Assembly: GCA_030390025.1 (NCBI GenBank)
Contig: CM059431.1
Coordinates: 125,924,001-125,988,000, forward strand
Direction of reading: 5' to 3'
DNA length: 64,000 nucleotides
From: Squalus acanthias
Taxonomy: Eukaryota
Part shown: in pieces, positions 27,461 through 38,900 of the stretch
How positions within the stretch are numbered: the stretch's first letter is position 1
Layout of the letters: every line of letters begins with the position of its first letter
The notes under the pieces: generated by a model
The model's input: only the letters and a program-made list of their open reading frames with translations
Databases searched by the model: none
Told to the model about the DNA's origin: nothing
Made by a program: the position numbers and the translations under genes

Positions 27461-29782
27461 ATTTAGTTAAAATATTCACTGTTTGCTGGTTTCATAGGTT
27501 CCAGGTACCTTCAGTATGTACCCCAAGTGACACTTATTGATGCTGCAATTTCTTCCAGCCGTATATCTCCGTCCCCCCAACCCCCAACGACTCTATTGCT
27601 CTGAATGAGCCTCTTGGTGCATCCTCCCATTTCTTTGTCCCTCCAGGATCCATGATTGCTGGTTGAGCCTTCAGCTGCCTGAATCTTTCTGGAATTCCCC
27701 CACTAAGTCTCTCCACCTTTCCACTTCTCCTTCAAAAACTATCTCAAAATCAGGAATACTGCCTGATTTTCCCTCCCTAATCAAGGGGGGCAGAGGCTAA
27801 CTCTAGCACCACTGTCACTGTCATTGCTGAGATCCTCCAACTCAGCACAGACCTGATATCAAATCTCAGACCTTCTAGATCTGTACAGCTCAGCTGCTCA
27901 CCACTTAAGCTTGCCGAATTATTGGTAGAACACAAGAACTGATTTCCCCGGGCCACAGACCAAGCTATCGGATCTTTGACTCGGTCTTAGGGAGCGAGAA
28001 CAGACCCCTTCCTTCTGTGACTGGAAAACAAAGACAGTGGCCTAAATTTAAAGAGTTTGGGGGCTCAGAAATGGTCGGGATACCCAGGAGAATGGATATC
28101 CTGCAGGCCTTGCAAAATTAATGGCAGGGCCTGATTTGAATTGGAACCCTCTGTCTCCCGCCTGCAGCCAATCAGATTGAGAGGCTGGCTGGCTGCGGGT
28201 GAGTAGGCCTGCGGCACTAGGCCGCAGCGAGGTAGAGAGGAGGGAAGGAGGGATCGCATGGGGGCTGAGGGGTGGTTGGGTGGGGGGGGGGGCGGAGGAG
28301 CACAGGGAGGGCCGGAGGAGCGGGGGGAGCGAAGGGGACGGTCGAGACCGATAAGAGAGCTGGAGGAGCGAGGTCAGGGCGGGGTGTGGGGGGGAGGGGT
28401 GGCGGTGGTGTTTCATGACTGATCGGGGTCCGGATCAGTAGATCGGGGGCTGGAGGAGCAGATCAGGGGCCAGAGGAGCGGAGAGCAGGGGGGGGGACAG
28501 GAGGAAGAGCTGCGGATTGGGGTAGGTGGCCGGTGGGTGTCTGGCAGATGACATCAAAGGGCGTGAGGAGCAGGGTGGGGAGGCCTGGTGGGATTGGAGG
28601 CCTGGTAGGGATGGTTCAGAGGTCTCGTGTGGGGCTTCTTCGATTGCGGGGGTTGGGTTAGGCAGGGACACTGGATCCAGGAGGTAAGTGTAAAGGCACT
28701 TATTTCCTGGATCCAGCAGTCCTCGCCTTCCATTAACTGGCGGATTTCACAAGGCCTGCGACAGTTAAATTTAAAATGGAGGATAAACCTGAGGCATGCC
28801 AGCCTCATTATAATGATTAAATAGGAGATCCGCCTGTTCATAACCTACTCATGAGTCCATGGTATCTTCATCCATCTCCCTCATCGTTTTCTTTCACTCC
28901 CCACAATATCTCACACCGTAATCGTTCTCCTTCCTTCCTATTTCTAATTGGCCAATCAGTTTTCTACCTAACCTTTTCAATGCTGTTCTCAGCTGAGCAG
29001 TCACACTTTCACATCTGCAAGGTGAACGGCATTTCAACGAGCTTTCTGCTGGATAAGGGATCAGATGTTAAGTTACCATCCGGCCCTCACTTCTTTCCAG
29101 CGGCATCATTCATTGGTGATATTTTACATTTGTGAAAATAAAAACAGTAGCACATATTGTCAAATTCCAACTGGTGACATACATACGCCTGCAGAATAAA
29201 GAGATTTTACTTTCTGATATTTCTTTCACTTTTAACAGAGACCTTTAGAGCTCAGTTCTGCCTGCAGCTGTCATGAATCAGGAGTGTTTTATATTTGTGA
29301 AAGAACAATATAAATTTAGATTTAGAATTTAGAATACAATACAAAATCATTTCAAAATGAAGATCATTGTTACAATGTAAAAAGGGAGCAGAAAAAACAA
29401 TGTCGAGTTCACACATGCACAATTTCATCTTTGAAGTAATTCAGACAAACTGGGGACTATTTCAATCTTTAGAATGTTTTGTACAGGATAAATAATGTAC
29501 AGTTAACAGAAAACAAAAACGACTGGTGTCAGCATTTCAGCTTTACTATATTGACTATTGAACTGTATCAATCCAACAAGCATAATTGCAAACCTACCAT
29601 CATCAATCTTTCCTTGAAAAATTGGACCCCTCCATCCTTTCCAACAATCAAACCATTTCTCGCCTCCATTTCCTCAGTAGGATATTTGAATACTTCATTG
29701 CCACATAACTCCTTACAGTTAGTTTATATTCCACCCACAGCAGCAAAACACTTTTGTCAAAGTCAGTCACAAATGACACTTT

Positions 29783-30531
29783 GGGGTAGAAATTCACGAT
29801 CGCCCTGTTTGGGGTGCTAATTTTTAAAAGTTTGAAAAGTTAGCGCCAGGTGCTAACGATTTCAAACTTTTGAAAAATTCGCCGTTTACACTCCAAGAAG
29901 GAAGTGGAACGCTAAATCAAGCGCTTCACTTCCTTCTTGGAGTGCAATTGGCAGCAGGCGGGGCAGAGACTTCAGCAGTGCTGCACACTGGGTCTTGCAG
30001 CTCTGCTACGTTCAAAGGCTCCTTCTCTTCCTTAAAGGGAAGGGCCAACGCTGCAGGCTCTGCAATAGAAAAATTACCTACCTGGACCACCAAGGCAGCT
30101 GTGATGCCATGTGATCAGCCCAGCGCTCAAGCAGAGTACCGGGCTGATCAATCGCGGGCAGGAACCCGCGAAAAAAACTGCAACAAGAAAGATACGTTTT
30201 TTTTTACTTACCTCGACCACCTCGTCTTTAATCATCGCCCCTGAAGCGGCCGGCCGCCCGATGCATGCCTCCTGCAGCTGTCGGTGTTTTCGACCGGTGC
30301 TGCTGCGGGGAGCGGAAGTCAATTTCCGGTCCGGGGCGATGCGCACCGTGATGATGTTACGATCTCCGGGTGAAGGAGATCGGGGTACAACGCTGTAGTG
30401 CCGCCGCAAAACTCCCGCCGAACATGGCAGGAGTCGATGTCAGCGTCATGCCTGGTTGCAAAGCCATTTGCGCCCCGTTAGCGCCCCCCGGGGGCACTAA
30501 CAGGAGGCGCAAAGAGACCCAATTTTGCTCA
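29783..30531. mobile_element. Harbinger MITE related to the adjacent autonomous-type element, inverted
   Basis: First ~70 bp (GGGGTAGAAATTC..GGGGTGCTAATTTTTAAAAG) match the reverse complement of 58790-58856. Right boundary approximate. Confidence 0.65.
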
Positions 30532-30947
30532 TCTCTAGTTGTCCTGAGGGCATTAGGAAATATGGGGGGAGAAATTCAGCATGCTACCCCCTCCCATTAG
30601 CGCCTGGGGTGGCGCTAACGGGACGCTACTGGGTTTGTGGCGTGATGCGGCGAATCCAACGGCACACACAAAATTCATCTGAGGTTTAGCGCTGGCACTA
30701 ACAGTTAGCGCCTAGGCCTTTAGCGCCTGGCAGATCGTGACGTCAATGAGCTGTAGGAGCGGTATTTAAAGGGATCAACATCCGGTTTCATTTTAGTCAC
30801 CAATGAATGCTGCCTTTTCAGTTTCACATTAGGAAACAACCGTTTTCTGTGAGTTAAGCGTTTCTTACTGTCAGGAGTGTTCTGGCTGACAAAAATTTGT
30901 CACTTTCATTCTGCTAAGATTTCGAAGTCCCACATGTGGTTACGTTA

Positions 30948-31310
30948 ATGGGGGCTGTACTGGCACTCGACCTCACCCTTCGGCATCAACGTCGGATGCA
31001 GCGGAGGCAGAGACAAAGATTGGAAAATGTGGCCAGAGGGAGGAGGGCCAACAGGCCTTACCCTCTCAGTGTATTCCAGGAGAACTTCTCCTACATCAAT
31101 TTATCTGAGGAGCAGTGTCATGAAATGCTCTGCTTCAACAAGGAGGTGGTCACCGAACTCTGCCACCTCCTGCAGTCAGACCTCGAGCCTCAGATCAGGA
31201 CCACCACGGCTCTCTCACTGGCAGTCAAGGTCACCGTCGCCGTCAATTTCTTCACCAGCAGATCCTTCCAGTCTGTAGCAGGAGATATATCTAACATCTC
31301 GCAGTTCGCC
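30948..31310 (+). pseudogene. Harbinger (HARBI1-like) DDE transposase, N-terminal part
   Basis: LSEEQC..F.KEVVTELCHLL..ALSLAVKVTVAVNFF.S.SFQ..GDISNISQFA, cut by the LTR at 31311. Confidence 0.9.
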
Positions 31311-32471
31311 TGAACGGATAATTACTAGTCCTAGCCCCTTTAGGGCTACCCTGGATCAGGCGTATTCCCCAGACGTTCACTTTCAACTAAAGTTTGAGGT
31401 AACCGAATCCTAAAGACGCTTAATTGGGTCTGAAGGTCCAGACTATCTCTCCCTAAAGGAAAGGAACAACCTGAAGATGTTACCGTCCTCCAGATAGCAC
31501 TTTTAATAAGTTTAGCTAGACTCCCCCAGAATTCTGCAACTCCTCACCAAAGAGCGTACAGAGATTGAGTTTGTGAGTTTGATACAGAAGTATTACGTGA
31601 GACAATTCTAAAAATATATAGATTTATTAAAGAACCGACATGTAATTTACAGTTGGTGATTCAATCATAACATTAACAGTTCCAAAAACAGATATCTTTT
31701 ACAATCTTACTATCAGAGATCCTTATTCTCAAATCTTAACTTCGTTACATTTTTACAGTTCTCAGTCTTTATTCCAGGATATCCAGCAAAATCAAATACC
31801 TTTTCATACCTTTGATCCCCGAGGTACAAAAAGTTGTAGACTTACAGAGCTTGCCTCTGAAGACCGAGAATCGCTTTGCCCCTTTACAGCGAATCTGTCA
31901 TCCCACTTGAAAGTTCAATATTTATATCCTTTTTCAGTGGTATGTCCTTTGAAGTTTTCTGCTGATGTAAGCTAATTATCTCTAGTCATTTTTCTGCTGA
32001 CTTCTGCTATTCTTACAGTCAGTTCAGCTGGTAGCTTTAAGAATCGTGTTTCTACCTTTAGGTGTTCGAAGCTTATCATAAAAACGATGTGACAGCAGAT
32101 GCATCTATTTGATGTCATTCTTATCAAGGTCTTCTGTTTGTGTCTTTTTAAGATGTGTAAATTAAAAACACCTCAACCGGGTGCACCATTGTCTTCTCAG
32201 ATACCTCAGCTGGTTGTAATACAGAATCATGTCTCCTGTGTTTCATTTGATTTCATTTTTACGAAGGCATATGTTTCTTAATTTTCTGTGTTTCTTTCCA
32301 AAGTGTTGGTTTAAGACACCTTAACAGGGTGCACCATTGTGTTCTTTCCAAGGCTTCAGAATATCAGGAACCTCCAACCTCCTGTTTCAATAAGGTTATT
32401 GATTCAGTGTCAACAACTTATCCTATCTCAATAGCCTGTATGCTGTTTACAGCTTCTCCATTGTTAGGTTT

Positions 32472-34183
32472 TGTAGAATTCGCAATATATCGCGATTTGT
32501 TTAATAAGGAGAAAACACAAAGTTTCGTTCAAACAGCTTTTATTTCAGTAGAATGCTGTCAGGTTTAAATTGGACACAAGCAGCCTGTAAAATGGCCGCC
32601 GCACCTCGTGACAGAACATTCTAGACTTTTCAACAGGCAGACAAGATGGCGTTCCATCAAACGTTTTTTCAAGATCGATAACGATTCAGCACAGTGAAGA
32701 TAATACACGAGACATTATGGGTTTACAGTATAAACATAGATACTGAAATCGGTCTCCCAGGTACAAAGGAAAGCCATTGTATCGAGTAATCAAGGGCCCA
32801 TCCAAAGGACATTAATATGTAAACTCCCAACGACTCTACGATGAGAGAGCCGTTAGCAGGTAGTTATACAGGACACTTGGAAGCCCCAAACCCCTCCAGG
32901 GAGAACACCGACCGATTTAACAATGGGAGAAATATTAACAGGTACTCAAACATTCATGAGTAGCCCCGAAACCCATTAAGGACGGAGATCACCCATACAA
33001 GACATTTGGGCGCCAAACCCTAAACAAAAGAATGGACATTATAGTTGGGCGGGAAACGGAAGATTTTTGCACTATAATTGCAGGCCCCAAACCGTCCATT
33101 CGCTCTCTTGCCGCGCTTGCTCGCTTGCTGCTTTTATCATCGTGGCTGCTCCTGTGTTTTATCCGGTCGATTCGTAACCTCGTGGCTGCTCCTGTGTACT
33201 CGTAGTTGGGCTTCTGCGTGCCTGTTGCCTCTTCTGAAAAGACTGTTGAACTTTCTGATCCGTTCGGATCTACCTCGTGTCGCGTAACGAAGACCTATGT
33301 TGGTAACTGGCAGCGGAACCAAAGGCCCGAGATGAGATGAGATGAGATGAGAGGAGAAGAGAAGAAGACCATATCCATCGCCACGGTCAGTAAATCCCGA
33401 CCGCGCCTATAGGTCGATCAGCCAAGTTTTCTCGCCAGGAAGTTTTCTTCTTTAAACTTCTAACAAAACATATTGCATCAATGATAACTGGACTGTGCAA
33501 ACACATCGTATCAATGATATTGACAACGGTGCTCCAAGATTAAACTTTGAAGCCCACCAACAGAGGTCTTCACCACAGCGGACGGTCCAGCCTACTAGCC
33601 GGAGCAGCAGAAGCAAGTAAACAAGTGGGACCAGGAGATCTCCTGACCGACACGTGGGAGCTGCGGTGAAAAACATCCGATCAGCTATTCGGAATTTCTC
33701 CGAGTTATTACGAGTGGTGAGCATGAGTCTCGAGATCCTACGAAGCTAGTTTAGGATAGATATTGATAGGGGAGGGTTTAAAGATTAAGGATATTTGTAA
33801 TGTGTGCCCTATTTACGTTGTGCCGTTCGTTCCTCGTTTCCCTAAGATTGACTATAACCGTTTGTAAGATTGTACTGTCATTAATCTGTGCGTATGACAT
33901 GTATTTCATAATTTTAAGTATCATGCAATAAAGATTTTCCATTTCGTACCATTCAAACCAAGTCTACATGAGTTTTATCTCCATTACTGCTCTCGCATCT
34001 AAGTCCAGTGTCTAGAACCGTAAGGGAGAGTGATTCGAACCACTCACAGGTGTGTCTAGTGTTCCCAGACTGGCTGGAGACCAGAACAGGCAACCAGGCC
34101 TAGACCCGCACTGACATACAGGCTGCACAGAGCCGCGTGAATCTCACAGGCTGCGAGACACGCAGGGTCAGGAATCCCTTACA
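32472..34183 (+). repeat. 5' LTR (1712 bp)
   Basis: Direct repeat of 43584-45295. TATAAT near 33073, AATAAA at 33927, (GAGAT)n near 33330. Confidence 0.97.
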
Positions 34184-34187
34184 GAAA

Positions 34188-35999
34188 ATGGCGACCGCGG
34201 CAGGACACTGGCAGCGAGAGGGTAGTGTGTTAGATTTTGGAATGACTGTACGAAATGTTATGCAGGAAAAGATAGCGGATTATGTGTTTGGAAAGGTTAA
34301 TCTAACTAAAAAGTGGATAAGCGAATTGTTAGCGGATAAGAGCCCACTAGAGGCAGCTGAAAGATGGACTGATAGTAAGGAACATAAAAAGGCAGTTGAG
34401 AAAGCAGTCTGGCTTATGTGCTACAAAAGGCAGGTTCAGATTTCAAACCAGACCATTACAGCGCTAACAGCTCGTGTCAGCCATTTAGAGGGAGAAATGG
34501 AGGAGAAGGTTTCTGGAGGGGAGGTGCTCATTAAGAATTTAAATGAGTTACACCAGGAAAGCCAGGAAGTCTCTAGTTACCTTAAAACAAGGATAGAGTA
34601 TCTCGAGTGCCAGGTCACTGAAGCAAAATTGAATGAGAGTAGGATGAAGGAAAGATGTAACCGCCAAGCTGCCCAGATAAGAACTCAAGAAGAGAGCTTA
34701 ATGGGGGTTAGGTCGGCGTATAAGTTGGCCCTTGAGGATAAGTTTCAGGGAGCCGACCATAGCGCCTGCCAAAAAGAGATAGAGAGCCTCAAAAAGGCCG
34801 TGAATAATGCGAACGGCATGGTGTGCCTTATCAATCCGTCGGCGCGCCAGCCGCTAGTAAATGAGAGATTTAGAAATTCCCCACCAAGTAAAGCAGAAGA
34901 AGTAGTAGCCACTGCGCCCTCCGCGCCCCCCAGCTATTCAGAAACCTGGGTTAGGGAGGAAGCAACGGAAGAAACAAAAGAGCCCATTGAAAAGGAGGTA
35001 GAAAAGGGATCGTTGTATCCAGTAACGGGTATTAAAAGGGGCCCGAGCAGAAACGGTGGGGAAGAACCGGGGGATCTCCTCGGACAGCTGGTGTTGCCTC
35101 ACAGTTCACATCAGCTGAGGGCTATGATAAACCACGTAAGGAAGCTGACCGAGATAGACGACCCTTCCGTACATTTCAGGGAAGTTGAGCAAGCCGCAGC
35201 CATTAACGGCTGCGATGATGGGGAGACAGCAAAAATGCTGCTGTTCTCGTTAGACAGCTCGGTCCTTCAGTGTCTCTCAGGCGAGAGCAAGAGGGGAAAC
35301 AAAAGTTATGAGGAATTGAAAAATGAGGTCCTAGAAGTAGTGGGGGCGAACGACGGAGGTCCGTTTGCTAGAGTGGGACAGACAGTGCAGATGGAGGGAG
35401 AACCCCCGAAGGTTTTTGCCGACAGGCTGTGGCCAGTATATGAGCGCAGCTGTCTAGGTGCGCCCGAGCGCGAAGATGTGGAAGGCGCCGCTCTAATTCA
35501 TTGGCTTAGGTGCATAATAGCCAACAGTTTACCAGCCGTTAGAGAGCAGGCAAAAGCCTGGTTCGATCCCAATGACCTCAACCTTACGGAAGAGTCGGTC
35601 TTGAATCGACTCACGTTAGGTTACCGTAACATAAGGGGTATGACGACACGTCCCTTTAAGGGAAGAGTACATGAGGTACGACCCGCAGCCCCGGCTCAAA
35701 GAGAGTGGCATCAGGAGGGTAATCGCGCCCCACAGGCAAGTAATGCCTGTTACGGGTGTGGGAAGACAGGGCACTGGCGCAAGCACTGCAGGAACCCTTG
35801 GAAGGATTCCAAGGATAAAAATCCCGCGGTCCGAGCCCAGGCGCCTGTCCCGCCTAAGGAAGCAAAGGCACCCACCCCTCCCGACGACCTCGAAGCAGTG
35901 TTAGGAGCCATGCGCAAGATGGTTTTGAATGCGCGTGGACAGGTGGCGGTCGCAACCGGCCCCGTAGGTGCCGCAGGACCGTCTAATAGTGCCCCATGA
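34188..35999 (+). CDS. gag: Gag polyprotein (coiled-coil N-terminus, PSAPPSY late motif, capsid-like region, one CCHC knuckle)
   Basis: Open 603-codon frame from the first ATG after the LTR; CYGCGKTGHWRKHC. Actual start codon uncertain. Confidence 0.9.
   Translation: MATAAGHWQREGSVLDFGMTVRNVMQEKIADYVFGKVNLTKKWISELLADKSPLEAAERWTDSKEHKKAVEKAVWLMCYKRQVQISNQTITALTARVSHLEGEMEEKVSGGEVLIKNLNELHQESQEVSSYLKTRIEYLECQVTEAKLNESRMKERCNRQAAQIRTQEESLMGVRSAYKLALEDKFQGADHSACQKEIESLKKAVNNANGMVCLINPSARQPLVNERFRNSPPSKAEEVVATAPSAPPSYSETWVREEATEETKEPIEKEVEKGSLYPVTGIKRGPSRNGGEEPGDLLGQLVLPHSSHQLRAMINHVRKLTEIDDPSVHFREVEQAAAINGCDDGETAKMLLFSLDSSVLQCLSGESKRGNKSYEELKNEVLEVVGANDGGPFARVGQTVQMEGEPPKVFADRLWPVYERSCLGAPEREDVEGAALIHWLRCIIANSLPAVREQAKAWFDPNDLNLTEESVLNRLTLGYRNIRGMTTRPFKGRVHEVRPAAPAQREWHQEGNRAPQASNACYGCGKTGHWRKHCRNPWKDSKDKNPAVRAQAPVPPKEAKAPTPPDDLEAVLGAMRKMVLNARGQVAVATGPVGAAGPSNSAP
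34189..34206 (+). promoter_or_regulatory. Primer binding site, tRNA-Ser-like (imperfect)
   Basis: TGGCGACCGCGGCAGGAC lies 5 nt after the LTR; 13/18 match to TGGCGTAGTCGGCAGGAT (tRNA-Ser complement recalled from memory). Confidence 0.6.
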
Positions 36000-38900
36000 C
36001 TAGAACCAGCACAGCCCGTCTACCTGTGTCCGCTCAGCTATGATGCGTGGAGGCGACCTGTGGTGGAGATGGAGGTAGAGAAACAGAAGGGCAGTTATTT
36101 GTTGGACACGGGAGCTTCTTGCACCATAATCCATACAGATGACCCTTTTGACTCGCCGCTATCTACCAAGGTCCCATTCACGCTGGCAGGGTTCACAGGG
36201 AAAGAACAGGCTGGCACGTTTTCCCTCCCGCTATCCATTCGTTTAGGAACACTTCGCCTTAAGTGGAAGTGTATACTGATGGCATGGCAAAAGGGGGGTG
36301 GAAGAGGTATTCTCGGGTCCGATCTCCTAGCGGGACACGGGATCCTCGTGGACCTCAGAAATCACTGTCTCTGGGGGGCTAAAGGTGAAAAAGGCGAGGT
36401 AATGGTAATTCAAGGGGAGGAAGAAACAGGGGTCCTGTGTACCGTACAGCCATCCGGAGGCTACGACCTCAGGCTTATGGTCGCAGATGTCCCAACGGAC
36501 ATGCAAACGTACGTGTCAGATAATATGCACGCGTTTGCAACCCACAAGCACGATTGTGGGAGGGTGGTCGGGTTTGAGGTCAGCGTAGATGGGGACCCCA
36601 TGACCCGACCCCAAAAGCAGTATAACTTCCCCAAAGAAGCAGAACCCGATATGGAGACAGCAATGTCTTCCTTGGTGCAGCAGGGCGTGTTGAGGCCGAT
36701 AGCCACACACGTGAACTCCCCATTATGGCCGGTTAGGAAGCCGGATAATTCGTGGAGAGCCACGGTGGACTACAGAGTCCTTAACAGTAACATTCCCGCC
36801 TGCGCGCCCACAGTAGCAGCAGTTGCTGACCTAATAGGGAGCATCCCAGCGTCCGCGACCACGTTCACGGTGCTGGATATCTCGAACGGTTTTTGGTCCA
36901 TCCCGCTGCGGCGAGAGGACCAGTACAAGTTTGCCTTTACGTTTAAAGGGCAACAGTACACGTGGAACTGTTTGCCACAGGGTTTCCACAATAGCCCCAG
37001 TATTTTTCATCAGTGTATGGCAGGAAGTTTAAAGGAGTTTAGTCAGCCCAATCAGATAGTACAGTATGTGGATGATTTGCTCCTATTTACGGACTCAAGG
37101 GAGGAGCACGGACCACTACTGGACGAGTTATTGGAGCTGTTAGCGAGAAAGGGTTTTAAAGTAAACCCAAAGAAAGCACGTATCGGTCAGCAGGAAGTAA
37201 AATTCCTGGGACTGACCCTACGCGCTGGGGAAAGAGTCATAGACAAAGCAAGGAGGGAGTCGGTGCAAGAATTACCGATTCCCAACAACGTAAGGGGTGT
37301 GAGGTCCTTCTTGGGACTGACCGGTTACTGCAGGGATTTTATCGAAGATTATGCGGCCACAGCGGCGCCGCTCCTCCGACTCCTCCATAAGGGGGTGGAG
37401 TGGCTTTGGGACGAGGGCTGCCAAGCAGCCTTCGAGAAGTTAAAAAGGGATCTGCAGACCGCGCCAGCCTTAGGGGCCATAGATGGGGGGAAGGAGTTTT
37501 TCCTGGAGGTAGCTGCCAGCGGAGACAGCTTAAGCGCCGTGCTGCTCCAAGAGCGTCACGGCAAGCTGAGGCCGGTTGTCTATTCATCCAGGGTATTAAC
37601 GGATGTGGAGAGAAGTTTCTCCAATTGCAAAAGGCACCTTTTAGCCACGCATTGGGCTGTGAAAAGATCAGCGATCTTCACAGGGCTCTCTCCCATCACT
37701 CTCCTCACACATCACACACCAACTAAGATGCTTCTGGATGGGAGGATTAAAGACAGGACCGTAAGCAGCGCACGCATTGCGCGTTGGACCCTTCTTCTCT
37801 CCCAGTTGGATCTTAGAGTAAAAGGTCTTTGCGAGCCCAGGCTTGCGGCCAATTTGGTATACCCCGGTACAGCCCACCGGTGTTCGGTGGAAGGGGTGTG
37901 GGACGTCAACATAGGTTTATGGGCCGGGATACATCCCACTGGGCGCGAGATTTATGTTGATGGGTCTAGCACAGTGTCTGCTGGCGAGCGACTCACAGGG
38001 TGTGGAGTTTATGACCCTGCGGCAGACCTTGCCCTGGCGATCAAGCTCCCTAGCACCATGAGCGCGCAGCAGGCTGAGCTGTCTGCCGTGGTGTACGTGG
38101 TGACCCACCCAGACATTTTCCCAACCCCATACACGATTTGCTCGGACAGTATGTTCACCTGCAATTCGTGTACGGAATACCTGGCCATTTGGTCCCGCCG
38201 CGGATACACCTCCGCGGACGGGCGACCTTTAACGGTGAAGCCCTTGCTGGAAAAGATCTTAGCCGCAGCAGTAGGGGAGGAAGGGGAGATTTTCATCCAT
38301 AAGGTGAAAGCTCACTCCTCCACAGAGCCCCGTGGGGAGGGCAACCGGCAGGCGGATGCGCTAGCCAGGGAGGGTGCCCGCGACGGCACTTTCTGGAACC
38401 CCTATAGGACCGGACCCATAGCAGCGGTCCGAGGCGGGGACGGGAATACCGGGAACACCAGGGTAGCATTGCCCCTAGACCTTAAGACCGTCCAAGCCCA
38501 GGATCCCGCCCTAAAAGCAGTCCTAAAAACGATTGCTGAGGGGAGGCAGGTAGAAGGTCCGTACAGTACGGCAACCCTCTCAGTTAAGGAAGGCATGCTG
38601 TTCCGCGGGGAGCAGTGGGTTGTGCCGCAGCAGCACAGGAGGGAATTCCTCCAGTTGGCTCACGAGGGACCAGGGGCAGGGCACCCCGGGCCCGAGGTTA
38701 CCTGGCAACGGGTAGAGCAAGCGGGATGGTGGCCGGGGCTCAGGGAACAAGTCCGCGAGTTCTGTGCAAACTGTCTTGTGTGCGCTGCAAACAACCCAGA
38801 CCCCCAGAAAAGGAAGGTGCCCATGGGACACGTAAGAAGGGTAGAGGGACCATGGCAGTCGATACAGATCGACTATATAGGACCCCTGCCCACCACCCAG

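Noticed and set aside
33380..33388. Partial complementarity (GCCACGGTC) to the PBS suggesting self-priming
   Set aside because: Only 8 of 9 nt, not at the predicted transcript 5' end, and the PBS starts with TGG as expected for tRNA priming.
33078..33724. Short ORFs inside the LTR, duplicated at 44190-44836
   Set aside because: No motifs, mostly non-ATG starts, and the duplication simply reflects the LTR.
34137..34187. ORF-track gag start at GTG 34137
   Set aside because: It lies inside the LTR U5 and is duplicated in the 3' LTR; the first ATG is at 34188.
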